Counted from the first letter of the stretch, positions 1 through 13,406 are shown. The stretch is DNA of 64,000 bases from Amoebidium appalachense (GCA_963693365.1 CAVNZM010000004.1:10444468-10508467); one strand, 5' to 3'. Numbers and translations are program-made. The notes: generated from the letters alone by a model not told the origin.

Positions 1-242
1 GCGCATAGGGATCGTAGGCTGCTCGCCTAGTGCGCTCGTTATGTGGTTGGGCTGCTGCTGGTGTGGGCATGTATGGTGTTCTTGGGTCATGTGTGGGTAT
101 GTATGGTGTTCCTGGGCCATGTGTGGGTGTGTGTGGTGTTCCTGGGCTAGGAGGAAAAGCACTCATAAAGTACTTGAAGCTTGGACCTGGCCTGACGTCG
201 AGCTCTCTGAATCGGACTCCATGGTTGTGCATGTCTCTGCTC
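1..242 (-). CDS. Possible exon of a gene running off the left edge, encoding Pro/Thr-rich 10-aa repeats
   Basis: After a TTAG acceptor-like site, the minus frame is open: SRDMHNHGVRFRELDVRPGPSFKYFMSAFPPSPGTPHTPTHGPGTPYIPTHDPRTPYMPTPAAAQ... No family recognised. Confidence 0.3.
61..147. repeat. 30-bp tandem repeat, about 3 copies
   Basis: GTGTGGGYRTGTRTGGTGTTCYTGGGY units start at 61, 91 and 121. Confidence 0.85.
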
Positions 243-3153
243 TAAGCTACTGTGTCTTGTGCAGAATGTGTGCTGTATGTGCACGTGTGCGTGTACGTGT
301 GTGTTTGTGTGCGTGTGTATCCCCTACAGCAGTATCTGGCACGCCCTGACTGCGCCCTCGATGTAGCCGTTTTACGCCCACATCGACCCTGCCCGAGTCA
401 TCGTTTCTCTTTGAAAAATCAGGTCTATGTACCTCAAAAGCTTTTTGTTCACAACTGCAGCTGAAGCTTCGCGCGCGCTTTTTTCTTGGAAACCTCGGGT
501 GTACACATGTCCGAGCGGAGCACGGACACATCTCTGACTCACTGAGGGGGCGGCCTCGGAGCCACTGCCACACCATCAAGCTCACACACGCACACAAAAA
601 CATCTACACACACACACTCGGTTGCGCACACATATGCGTATACTCGCGCACATTAATTCACACACCACTATTTACACACACATATGCATGTGCACCGGTA
701 GTACTACCATACGTATACTAATACATAGTACTATGCACGTCACCACGTAGACTACTACTACCATATGGGTCAGCACAATATACTGTAAGGTATACGCGTA
801 TATATACCTATTAATGCATTGTGTTGGCAATTCACATGGGTGCAGATGCGCATGTAGTCACAATTACACACTATATCAAACATAAACACCGTACTGACAC
901 ATACGTATACTAATCACAACACCCACCCACATTTATTGCTGTCACACAAGCCGCGAGCAGGCACACGTTGGGCATGATCATGATAGCTACAAGTATGAAT
1001 ACTAATTACATAGTTGCCCTTTATGAAATCAAATCAAAACTTGAAGCGTGGTCATCGTAATGGAGCTCGAGAGAAAGATCTCTAGAGGGGGGGGGAGGGG
1101 GGGGGGGCGGCTACCTTTCGCTCGACTGAGAATCTGATGGGTTTTCCGCCCTCTCCCCTCAAAAGAGAAAAGAATGTCATGATATTAGTTGGTGTATGTA
1201 ATACCACTGGAACATTACATTTTATCGAGACCTTTTTAATGTGGGATTTTGCCCCTTGGCGAACCAAAATTTACACTTACGAAGTTGTTACAATACTGTT
1301 CATGACCTGCTGCTGGTATAGATATGCGCCACCAACCACTATTTTGCATTCATCTAATTTGTATTTATCTTTAAGGCTCAGTGGCCAGTGATACAACTTC
1401 ACATCGCAGTGCTAAGTTTTATAATTTATAACACAAGTTCAAGCCCAGTGCTATCAGCCGTCTATCCAACCATAATGTTCCAAATACATATATTGATATA
1501 AACACGGAGTACAGACATGTGGCAAAACCAAGTAGACAAATTCATTATCTGTATAGCTATGTGACACCAAGTTGGCTGTGAGGAGTTAAGCATTTGGCCT
1601 AGTGTTACCGTTACGTAAGTATAGTGTATTATCAAGTGTGTGCATATATATATATCATACGGTACTACGGCCGCAACCTTAAACCTATTGTGTTGACTTC
1701 CCACCAACGTATGTAAGTACCGTCATGTGCGTGATAGCATCCTACCGTGAACATTATCAATATTGCGAACTGTGGTAGTCCCAAACTTGAGACTCACCCA
1801 GTCCTTTATCACCTCATACTTGTATTGGAAAATCTGGCACGCACACTGATCAATAAGGAACATACTCATACAAATACGCCCAAACATGGACCACCCGAGG
1901 AAACTCAACAAGGTTTTGGGCATACAAAACACATAAATGAAATGAAACTCCCACACAAGGTAGTTGAAAACAATCACCCTGATGTTGAAATAGTAGTCAC
2001 CGTAGGCTAAACTGTGTATGTGCCTTTCTGGTTTGGTAGCTGTAGTAAGAGAAACACACGGCGTATATTTGAACGAGAAAAAAAGGTGTACACACGCCGA
2101 TCCACACGAGATCTTGCCTTGTGTCAAGCTTGTAGTTCCACACTGTGTAGCTGACAACAACGGGTGTTTGCATAAGAAGATGGAGAGGAAAAGGGTGCAT
2201 GTACTGTCGAAACATTCTTCTGGCCTCCAGTTTGAGCGTCCGATTGAAAAGGATGCGCATGAGACGCTGCCGTTGAATAAGTGCCGCAATAAACGTGAGG
2301 AAACTCGACACCCCAAAAACCTCGCACACCGTCACAGTGTCTCGTATTTGCCGCCCCAATCGCAAAAACTCCGCTTCGTTGCTCGGTTGAGTTGCGCCTG
2401 GGAATGTGTATGGAACAAGGAGGCAAACCATTTCAAGGGTAGCCATGGATGCATAGAAGACCATGATGGAGAGAAACGCTTGGATAACGTAAGGGACGCC
2501 GCGTGACCGAACGGTGGGGTGTGCACAGTAGCGAAACGTCAGTAGCATAACCAGAAGTAAAATGGCGAAATGGAAGGACCACATGCCGAGCTCGCGTTTG
2601 TACATGAGGTTGCCATCTGCCTTACCCAGGGCCACCTGCTCGTTAAGGCAACCGCTGCATCCCTGAGTGCCGTAATGTTGCCGATAAATATAAGCTGCGT
2701 GGGCGGCGCGTTTCCAGTCAATGTCACGATAACGTTTGCCTTGGCCTCTCTAAGCGCCACCTCAACGTCCAGAAGGCGACCTGCCGGCCCTATCATTGTA
2801 ATTCGCCGGTTCAAGAAATGGTTAGCACCTTCGAGAGCGCCGAGAAACAAAAGGAAAATCACGAATGCGGTAAAACATCTACGTTGATACGGTGCCCCAA
2901 AAGCCTCCTCGCCGTCAGCCCTTTTCCACGGTCTAGACGATGGTTTCTTTTCACCACTTTCCATGTTAATGCCAATGGTTGCATTAAGCGCCGTCAACTG
3001 CAGCTCGTGTACTGAAGGCTTCCGGTCCTCTCCATCTATCGGCAATGCATGGAAGGGTTCCACAACATAGCCTATGACCCCTGATGCGTTTGGTAATGCA
3101 TACTGATACGCATTTTCCGGGCATTTCTCCTTTAATGCATCCAGGCTGGAAGG

Positions 3154-3458
3154 TGTCGAACAGGATAGCCATCCGGTATGCCCTGCGTTAGCGTAGCACT
3201 AGTGATCGGGAATATTCGAGATATTCGGGATAAACTGGTGGATAGGTTCACGATAGATCAGGATAGATCTAGAGGAGTCTAGAAGATTCTGTTGGAGTGT
3301 TCTGATTGGTAGCGACTAGATCCATAGCGGCGGGTAGACCAATCGGGAATAGTATGTAACATTCCAGTGAGCCAGACCACAAGTATATAAAGGTCCCGGT
3401 GGGCCAGTCAATGTAAGTCAGCAAATAATAAAGTCTCACAGAGAAACCTCTAAGTTAC
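3154..3458 (+). repeat. 5' LTR
   Basis: Matches 6417-6722 except C3313 vs T6576 (at a CpG) and the terminal A. Contains TATATAAA and AATAAA. Confidence 0.97.
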
Positions 3459-3472
3459 GGTTACGGACCCAG
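3459..3472 (+). other. Primer-binding site, internal (half) tRNA-iMet type, variant
   Basis: GGTTACGGACCCAG abuts the 5' LTR; 12/14 match to the copia-type GGTTATGGGCCCAG. Confidence 0.75.
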
Positions 3473-3506
3473 TACAACGCTACGATCAAGCGACTGTTGA
3501 GACAAG

Positions 3507-6176
3507 ATGGGAAGAGCAAAATGTCCAGTTCCCATGTATGAAGGAGAAGGCAAGGGCAAAATCTCCTAATCAATGTGGGCCATGCGCATGAAGTGCTTCC
3601 TCGAGGGCGAGGAATTATGGTACACGATTGAAGACGTGGCTCCTGAAGTGATAGGAGAGGACGGCGAACCGGTGGAGCAACCTCCGGTGGAGATCGACCC
3701 CTTGGATCAGAAGAAGGCGACTTCCTACCTGGTGGAGACACTAGGTGATGTACCTGCAAGCCTGTGTCGGCGAGCTATTGCCGTAGGAAATCCCAAGGAC
3801 ATATGGGATACGGTAGCATCATACGCTGCGCGCAACACAGATGAGCACAAGAGAATGTTGATTCAACAGTTCTGGCGTGCTGATATGATGCCGACGGAAA
3901 GCGTGCTGGAGTATGCGGCCCGCCTGGAGTGCATTGTGCAGGATCTTCTTCATATCGATCCCAATGGAGTTAGTGAGGACATGGTTGCCGAGAAATTCCT
4001 GGACGGTGTAGGCGCTGACGACCGATTCCGCACCGACGTTAGGACCATTCAAGCTTTACCAGCAGCTGAGAAGACAATGGAAAAGATAATCGCCAAGCTG
4101 CGTGGTTTTGAGGAGAACGAGGCTGCAAGGGAACAGCAGCGGGTGATGATGACCAGCACCCAATGGCGCGGCGGTACGCCACGACAGGACACCGGCAAGC
4201 CGCGCGTGACTGACATATCCAAGGTGGAGTGTTACAAATGTCACAAGTTTGGGCACTACAAGTCACAGTGTCCAAAGAAGAAGAAGGGCGGCAATCGCGG
4301 CGACAAGGCGAAGCAGAACGGAGCTTCCAAGGAGATACTCGCCATGGCGGTAAACAGCGGACTCCCTTCTTCAACTGAGTGGTATTGGGACTGCGGCGCA
4401 ACCTCCCATGTCACATGCCGAAAGGACTGGATGGAAGACTTCCGGTCGATCACACCCAAACCCGTCGCTCTGGGTAACACCCCGGGTGTGATGGCGCTAG
4501 GAATAGGCGTCGTAAGATTAACAAGTGAGTTCCAGGGCAACAGCATGACATTTAGACTGCAGAATGTGCTGTACGTGCCAGCATTTGGAACTAACGTGAT
4601 GTCGGCTTCAAGCGCCGGCAAGCACGGGTTAAGAGGCATCACCGACGGTCGACAGTGTACGATTGAGAGTGCCACAGATGGCCAAGTTGTGGCCCGTGGG
4701 GTAGTGGAGGGAGGCCTGTATCGTCTCCTAGTGAAACCCGTATGTGAGAGCGTGAACATGGTGACCACTGCAGTCGGCAGCAGTGGGGGTAACACCGTGT
4801 GTGAGCCGGTAAAGGGCAGCGCCAGTTTATGGCACCGGCGGTTTGGTCATGTGGCAATAAACACGCTACAGAAGATGGTTAAAGAAAACATCGTCGAGGG
4901 TCTGTGCATCGACTGCAAAACCCAGGATGACGGTGTGTGCGAGGGATGCGCGAGAGGGAAGCAAGCCCGGCTCTCTTTCAGTAAGCTACCCCGCAAGACA
5001 GCGCCAGCGAAGCTCGACAGAGTTCATTCTGATGTGGCAGGACCGTTCAACAAGGAGTCGCTGCAAGGTTCCAAGTATTATGTCACCTTCATCGACGACA
5101 AGACAAGGTTCACTACGGTGTACTTCATGAAACATAAATCCCAAGTGCATACTTACTTCAAGAAGTACAAGGCACACGTAGAGAAGCAACACGGTGCCAG
5201 CATCAAGATTCTGCGTTCCGACAACGGGGGTGAGTACACCTCCACTGAGTTCAAGTCGTTCCTGGAAGCGTGCGGCATTGAACATGAGGCGACAGTCCCT
5301 TACACACCAGAGCAGAATGGTGTAGCAGAGAGGGCTAACAGGACCATTGTCGAGACGGCGCGCTGCATGCTGCAGTCAGCAGGCATGAGTATGGGGTTCT
5401 GGCAGCTGGCAGTACAGGCAGCTGTGTACATCAAGAACCTGACGCCAACCACAGTACTGGGTGGCATGACACCTTGGGAGGCATGGTATGGAGAGAAGCC
5501 CGATGTTAGCCATCTACGTGTATTTGGTAGCAAGGCATTTGTCCATGTGCCGAAGGACGAGCGCAGGAAGCTAGACGCCAAGAGTCGGGAGTGTAAATTC
5601 GTCGGCTACACAGGTGACAGCAAGACGTACTTGTTGTGGGACACCGAGGCGCGCAAGACTATCGTCGGGCGAGATGTGGTGATCGATGAATCATGCACCC
5701 CAAAGGCCGGTATTCCGGTGGTGCAAGATGAGCCAATGGAATTGCTGATGCATAAGCCAATCGGAAATCAGCAGAGCTTGGAATCGAGGAATCCAATCAG
5801 CGTCAAGAAGCAACATTCCTTTCGGAAGCCTGCAATCGGCACTGACAGTGGATATGATTCAGATGCTATCGGCGACGGCGCGGGCGAGGACAGCGGCGAT
5901 TCGGACGCGGCAGGGTCAGGAGACGAGGAAGATAGTGCAGAGTTGCAGGTTGCAACCAGAAGTGCCTATCCGTCCATGACTACAAGGCGCGGTGGGACCT
6001 ACGGCATCAACGCAGGTGTAGTAGAGTACCGCGACAGTATCAGCATGGCAATTGAGAGTGCTGATAGCAATGAGGATGACCCTGTGACACTGGAAGAAGC
6101 AATCTCCAGGCCAGCATCAAACACATCGACGTTCAGTACCACTACACCCGTGAGTGTGTGGAGAATGGGGATGTAG
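3507..6176 (+). pseudogene. copia gag-protease-integrase polyprotein, with a premature stop and RT deleted
   Basis: ATG at 3507 with in-frame TAA at 3567-3569, where the gag (N/S)YxxW Tyr is expected. Zn knuckle CYKCHKFGHYKSQC; protease WYWDCGATSH; HHCC LWHRRFGH...CEGC; integrase DDE (HSDVAGP, RSDNGGEY, EQNGVAERANR); RVFGS SH3-like region. Confidence 0.93.
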
Positions 6177-6283
6177 AACTTGTGTATTGCAGCACGAACA
6201 GTAACGTGGCCGACATGTGCACCAAAGCTTTAGGGAGACTTAAGTTAGTGCAGCATCGGCAGGCCATCGGCATGGCTGAGTAA
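6116..6283 (+). pseudogene. copia RNase H C-terminal remnant, out of frame with pol
   Basis: IKHIDVQYHYTRECVENGDVELVYCSTNSNVADMCTKALGRLKLVQHRQAIGMAE* carries the KHID and ADxxTK motifs. Confidence 0.93.
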
Positions 6284-6407
6284 GAACTACAATTAGTGTA
6301 GTGTTAATGTTCGTGTAGTAGGTGTTATATGTGTTAGTATAGTAGCATAGTTTTAGAGTTGCATCTTAGGTTTAGGTTGCATGCGGTAGATAGATAGAAC
6401 ACAGTGC

Positions 6408-6416
6408 AAGTGGGGG
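6408..6416 (+). other. Polypurine tract
   Basis: AAGTGGGGG directly precedes the 3' LTR. Confidence 0.85.
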
Positions 6417-6722
6417 TGTCGAACAGGATAGCCATCCGGTATGCCCTGCGTTAGCGTAGCACTAGTGATCGGGAATATTCGAGATATTCGGGATAAACTG
6501 GTGGATAGGTTCACGATAGATCAGGATAGATCTAGAGGAGTCTAGAAGATTCTGTTGGAGTGTTCTGATTGGTAGTGACTAGATCCATAGCGGCGGGTAG
6601 ACCAATCGGGAATAGTATGTAACATTCCAGTGAGCCAGACCACAAGTATATAAAGGTCCCGGTGGGCCAGTCAATGTAAGTCAGCAAATAATAAAGTCTC
6701 ACAGAGAAACCTCTAAGTTACA
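6417..6722 (+). repeat. 3' LTR (306 bp)
   Basis: TGTCGAAC...AAGTTACA followed by the TSD GAAGG. Confidence 0.97.
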
Positions 6723-7656
6723 GAAGGAGAAATAGGGTACCGGTCGGTGTCTTGCACCCCTGTAAGCTGGTTTTCCGGTTTGCTTGTATGTTGGATTTCG
6801 TTTTTGCTTACTATGTCTTTGGTAGGACTGGCGTGTGGCACTAGTACTGTTAAGTCGTCCTCTGGCCCGATGTTAGAGTTAAGACTCGCCATCTCTGAGC
6901 TCGAGCTCTCGCTGTTGGTATGTGTGTGATGCTGTCGGCTAACTTGGCGAGAGTTGAAAATGCACGCCAAAAAAAAACCACAAGAGAAAAATAATTTTTG
7001 TGCCATCAACACATAACCTACTTTGACGCCGGTGTCATGCAAAAATGATAGAGTGGGGTTGGGAAACAGGCCTGTTTGCAATTGGCTGGTGTGCCACGTC
7101 CAAGGCCTCCTAGATAAGCCACACACGCATCATGGTCCGTGTGCATGTGATTGTGCGCTGGCTTACAACGACCAACTCCCTATATACGTATGAGAAAACG
7201 GGTTCTGGTACCGTACTGAGCATGCCCAACGGGCGTTGTTTATCTCTTCAAGTTCATGAATTCACGCTGACACCACGCGAGGTCCGTGTGATGGGTCCTT
7301 GTGATCTTAGTGTACATGAAGGGGGAAAAAAAAACAGCCTGCGCTGAGTGTATGCGCACGTTGCGACACTACAGTATGTATGCACATTCGTATGTGGCAT
7401 GGAGGTGTCGTTAGTGTTTCCCTTTTTTTTTTTTCTCTTGGTTCACATTTTGCACAAGTTGCCGCACATGTGTACACTGTCACCAGTTGGGTGTGCCCAT
7501 GAAATGCAGTGTTATTGCACATCATCGCCTCATGCACAGGGTTTGAAATTCGTTTTTGGCTGGTGCCATTTTGGCGACTTTTCCCCTGCCGGGCCACCAG
7601 GGTGTTTTTGAAATTATTTTGACCCTCTTAGAGCCACTGGTTGGAAAACTGTGGAC

Positions 7657-7752
7657 CTAACGAGGGCACTTCTCGGAGTTTCAGGGACAATATTCTGATA
7701 CTGACTAACGAGGGCACTTCTCGGAGTTTCAGGGACAATATTCTGATACTGA
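7657..7752. repeat. Perfect 48-bp tandem duplication
   Basis: CTAACGAGGGCACTTCTCGGAGTTTCAGGGACAATATTCTGATACTGA occurs twice. Confidence 0.9.
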
Positions 7753-8986
7753 AACCCCTATAGAATATCACAGCCTGCCCACATGAACCGTTGGAAACGG
7801 TGCCAGGCTCGTTTTTCATTGGCCCGCGGGTCACCGCTGATAGTGCTCTGCATGCCAATGGAATCCGACGTCGGCGAGGGCTAGCGGCCTAGCGCTAGTT
7901 TTAGTTTATCTAGGGAAAAAAGTTTTTTTGTACATCTAAAATGAGCAAACAAGACGTCACTGGTGTGCGACTAACATGGAAAACATGGGCCTGCTGAAGT
8001 CATGTGGTCATTCCTGGTATATGACCAAAATAGCGATTACGAAGACTGCGTAAGCTCACTTAGAGAGTGCCACTGAGTCACTGAATCGTATGCATAGCTG
8101 GTGTAGCTACGGTCTCGGTTACAAACTCACCGTCCAGGCTGACTCATATGCACATGAAAGCCACAGAAAGAAAAAAAGATCGAAATAGTGACCGCATACT
8201 AATAATGTTGATAATGTGGATCTGGATGTTTGCATGAGCACCTGTTTCGTCCTGTCTATCTACTTACTATTATTTTTGCTAGCTCCAGCTGCAGGCCTGT
8301 GTCGACACATGAGTGACATGCATATGACTCATCATCAGCCTGATATGCCTGATATGCATGAGCACCATTACGGTGTGCAGCAGGCCTTGAGCGAGGTACA
8401 CGGTACGGCCCGTCACCCTCGCCGACTCGGGCGCACCCGGCCACTCTGCTCGGGGCTACGCATCTGGCGACGGTCAAGTTCAAGGCTTGTTGAACACTGC
8501 CGCGGGGGCCGTGGGGGCAGGGGAGGGCATGCAGAATCATGACATGTACATGTACATGTACCAGGCTTGGGCTGCAGCTGACATGAGCAAGAAAAACGGT
8601 TACACAACATGGCACACCTACTACGTATACTACGGTTCACACACACACGCACACACACACTATCACACGCACGCACGCATATATGCACTTACACACATAC
8701 ACATGTACAGACACACCGTACAGTACATGTACACACATGTAATGTACACGCGCGCGCGCGCACACACACACACACCGTGGCACAGTGCACATACACACAT
8801 GCTGTGATATTGGCACACACAGAAACACATGTACTAGAATACACGCACAGGCAGGCATGAACACCCTCGCTGATATTACTTTTGAATGTTATCCCCGGAC
8901 ACACTCCCCAGGCCCTCATTGGGTGCACGGCTCGGCAAACGCGCACGCTTCCTTTTTTTTTTTAAGAAAAAAAACACACGCTTTAG

Positions 8987-9090
8987 TTTTTTTTTTTTTT
9001 TTTTTTTATTTTATTTTATTTTATTTTATTTTATCCCGTTTCACTCCCGGCGAGGCACTGCCTCAGGGGAGCTTACCGTCTTCCGCCTAG
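8987..9090 (-). mobile_element. Probable 3' end of a non-LTR retroposon: motif, hairpin and (TAAAA)n/poly-A tail
   Basis: Minus strand reads GGAAGACGGTAAG-CTCCC..hairpin..GGGAG-TGAAACGGGAT then (AAAAT)n and An. A related copy lies at 37370-37445. Confidence 0.5.
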
Positions 9091-9619
9091 ACACAGATCG
9101 TACTGTATAGCACACTCATAAGTCAGGATTCTAATTGACCCCAACTGGCACTATTTTTAGTTACGCCTTATCCCACGGTTCTAGCCGCAGCAACGCTAGT
9201 GGGGAAATGAGCACAGCTCACTTTAACAACACCAGCCGGGAGCGACCCGGGACACATACACAAACATAAAGACTTGAAAGGGGAAGACCCCATGCCCAGG
9301 ACGCTGACCCGAACCGTGGCCGGTGATTCGGATTGGTCTCCCACTTGAACGTTGGGCTGGGATGCCCAAGCGGCGCGCCGTCGGCGTCAGAGGGCCGGTG
9401 CTGTTCATGACGTCATGTCTTGCGGCCGGATGATAACAAATTGGTGGTGCTGCTTGACGTGGTCTGGGGTGATGGCTTCTAGGGGGCGGCCAGACCAGTG
9501 GACCGTCGAGGCAGAAAAATCGGAAGTAACCAGGATCGATCCTGCGACTTTGAGCTTGACACGCAGAGATCTTACCATTGCACCAACCCGCCCCCCACAC
9601 GCTTTAGTTCCTCTTCCAC

Positions 9620-9699
<80 letters not shown>

Positions 9700-9765
9700 C
9701 CCCCCCTCCCCCCCTTCCCCCCCCCCCCCCCCCCCCCCCCTCTTCCCCCCCCACAAAAAAAAACT

Positions 9766-9798
<33 letters not shown>

Positions 9799-10032
9799 AA
9801 AGAATCTCAAAAGTCTTTCCCCCCCCCCCTTCTAGTCGCCGATATCGATGCTTACGCGTGCACGCCACAGCGCATGCACACATCGTCAGCAACGCACATG
9901 CCATGTGCGCATGCACACACATGCTTGCTTACAAATTGATGGATACAGAGCGAGACTCAGTACTGTGTTCACGGGCAACTTGAAGGCCAACAGGTGACCG
10001 GCACAGACTAAGTAGCCATATTTGAAACACGG

Positions 10033-10138
<106 letters not shown>

Positions 10139-10147
10139 ACATACACA

Positions 10148-10205
<58 letters not shown>

Positions 10206-11577
10206 GTGCACAACACACATATACATACACACAGACATCATGGCACATACACATATATACGCAGTCACACCATACACACACACTGGCGTCGCACACAGTG
10301 TCACATATACACACATAAATGTATCCATAGTGGCATGGTGGGAATTCAATCGCGCACATTGCGGTGTGATTTTCACATGGTGTTTAGCCACATGCAGCAA
10401 GCATACGCAGACACGCACACTCACGCCGCATACACACTGACACATAACTTATGGGCCGTGACACTGTGAAATACAACACACAGCTGCAGGCAGACACTAA
10501 CAACACAGTGGGCACTATGACATTACCCATATCAAAATTTGAAGCACTGATCGGAAGGAACATGGCCTGAATGAGAAATGTTCTTCTGTCTCCTCCCCCT
10601 TCTTCGATTTGTATTCAAGAAACCCCTGACGCTAAAGGGAAGTCTAACGGGAACCTCGCCCTCACTGTCCATTTGCCCGCACAATCGTAAACCAGTTCCG
10701 CGCTTTTTGAGCGTGTAGCTTACGGTATTTGTCAAAAAAAAAACAAAAAAAAACATGATGTTTGCTTGTGGAACTTCTTTGACGCACACTAAAGTACTGG
10801 AGGTAGATATCATAGATTTAACATGCGGAACAGACACAGTGAGCACACACACACAGACACAAACAGTAATATCAATTATGGGCACATCCACACGCATATT
10901 TTTTTTTTTTGACATCGTCACACACAACACACACACTCAGTTGGTTGGTTGGTGGGTTAGTCAAGGGGTCGAAAGTGATGTGCACGAGAGGCAGCCCATA
11001 AAAGCCCCAGGGGTTATGGGGAAGGGCAGGGGGGAGGGGGGGGGGGGCGGTTGTGGTGAGAGGGGGGGGGGGGGGGGGGGGGAGGGGGAGTGTGGGAAAG
11101 AGCGGGGGGGGAAGGTGTGTGTGTGTGTGTGTGTGCGTGTGTGTGTGTGCGTGGGTACGCGCATGTGTGTCAGAGTGTTTGAGTGTGGGTGTGTGTACAC
11201 ACAGTGACACACACAGTGTGTTAAACTTGGCACCGTTTGTGTGTGGTTCTGCAAGGTTGACAGGGTATGATGCACATAATAGCGCACACCAGTGACACAG
11301 CTCTCACACAAACACATAAACCGCCACGCAGGTGTGCAAGCAATTTGCATATCACCACTCAGTACATTAAGCCTTGACTTGAACCCAAGCAAACACCAGA
11401 ACACAAGCACATACATTGGCACCTGTGCACACATACCTCACGGTGAAGATATACACAGGCAAATATTAAGCACGTGCACGTATACCCACAGAAGCATGCA
11501 CACAAAAGCACACATACCTAGTGCAGGCACACAGACACCCCAATGCCCCCACCACACTACCCTTTCCACCGTCATAC

Positions 11578-11836
11578 CCTTTCCGGAACGGCTGAATGAT
11601 GCCACAAGTGCATCCTGTGCCACTGGCACCATAATTATCTGTATCATGCGCGTAAAGACATTCACAAGCACCGGCCCAATGCATGCACACAGACAAGCGG
11701 AAGCGACAGCGTACATGTGCACACACACATGCACAAAAAACCCGCGCACACACACATGCACATACACACACACGTGCGCCGTGTGCGCACACACACCACA
11801 CGCACACCGCACACACACACACACACACACGCACAC

Positions 11837-11908
<72 letters not shown>

Positions 11909-12460
11909 AACAAGCACCGACAAGCAACACACTGACACAATACAAACGCACCACAACACGCATGATAGTACACACGACACCATGAAGCATTTGCACATTG
12001 TGCCCATGTACACCCAAAGCATTCACAAACGCATACATGAAAGTTTGCACCTGAGGACACGGCCCGGGGTGCATAAACACACACCGTGACACAATGATAC
12101 CCTGTTCAACTTCCAACCCCCCCCCCCTCCCCCCCCCCCCCTCTCCCCCCCCCCTCCCCCCCCCCCCCCAAAAAAATAAATACATAAATAAATAAACAAA
12201 TCATGATAATTGAAAATAAAACGGAACAAGAAAAGAGAGAGAGAGAGAGAGAAAACCACTCTGAGCTGAAGCGAAAAATAATAACGAGGAGCCTGGGAAA
12301 ATGGGGGAGTTACCATCGGCGAGGTACGAAGAACAGCGCTCCCATGGGCCAAGAGGTTCAGAAAATGAACAGCAACTACCGTTACTGACCCATGAGTGTC
12401 TGTACATACTAATGCCGCAATAAAACTCGTTCCCCGTAGTACTATAAATGTGAGCGCGAT
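11578..12460 (-). CDS. Possible spliced gene fragment encoding a hydrophobic protein (exons ~12314-12460, ~11951-12049, ~11578-11638)
   Basis: Three AG..GT-bounded segments join in phase: IALTFIVLRGTSFIAALV...TSPM / VQTFMYAFVNALG...RVV / IIMVPVAQDALVASFSRSGK. An alternative Cys-rich frame is also open and no homology was recognised. Confidence 0.25.
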
Positions 12461-12636
12461 CTGAACTTGTGTGACGGTAGTATGTGTACACTGCTCACTC
12501 AGCACACGTGGCTATCCCCCTTTCCCCCACCCCTTCGCCCACCCCTTCCCCCCTGACACCTCCCCCCCCCCTCATGTCACAACCCTCCTTCCCCTCCCCC
12601 TTCTCCCTGCACACATTTACATACACACACACACCA

Positions 12637-13204
<568 letters not shown>

Positions 13205-13406
13205 CCCCCCCCCCCCCCGCCCTCCTCTCTCTTTTTCCCTCTCCCTGCTCCTCTTCCCTTCCTCCCGCCGGTCCCACACACGCACACATCATCATACACA
13301 GTTGCACAAACAAATAAACACACACACACAAACACACACGCACACAAGTGCACACACGCACACAAACACGCACACTCACACGCACGTGCACACACACATG
13401 CATACA

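Larger units (their letters stand above)
3154..6722 (+). mobile_element. Ty1/copia LTR retrotransposon, internally deleted (no RT), non-autonomous
   Basis: TG...CA termini, 5-bp TSD GAAGG (3149-3153 and 6723-6727), paired LTRs, PBS, PPT, and gag-PR-IN order followed directly by an RNase H tail. Confidence 0.97.
1723..6892 (-). pseudogene. Intronless class C GPCR-like (7tm_3-like) membrane protein gene, disrupted by the copia insertion and two frameshifts
   Basis: ATG at 6892 (MASLNSNIGPEDD...). Removing the element and one TSD copy restores the frame (...RYPISPS-SLDALKEKCPEN...VVEPFHALP). Frameshifts fall near 2645 and 2007; stop at 1723-1725. There is one N-terminal hydrophobic helix plus about 7 more, with class-C-like loop motifs HPTVRSRG, RQRLMRILF and TRKAHTQF. 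Confidence 0.65.

Noticed and set aside
3436-5581. Antisense ORFs overlapping the copia polyprotein
   Set aside because: These are shadow frames of a GC-balanced coding region with no recognisable motifs.
7537-7759. Other CAGGG...CCCT(G) bounded segments (also ~18291-18694, ~23662-23773, ~39354-39721) as MITEs
   Set aside because: The termini look transposon-like, but no matching target-site duplication could be verified.
8216-8640. His/Met-rich ORF (HMSDMHMTHHQPDMPDMHEHH) suggesting a metal-binding peptide
   Set aside because: It is explained by CATG/ATG-rich low complexity, and no coherent gene model could be built.
9033-9084. Possible hammerhead ribozyme or Penelope-like terminus (CTGAGG...GAAAC)
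   Set aside because: There is no CUGANGA core correctly placed before stem II, and the second copy lacks the GAAA core.
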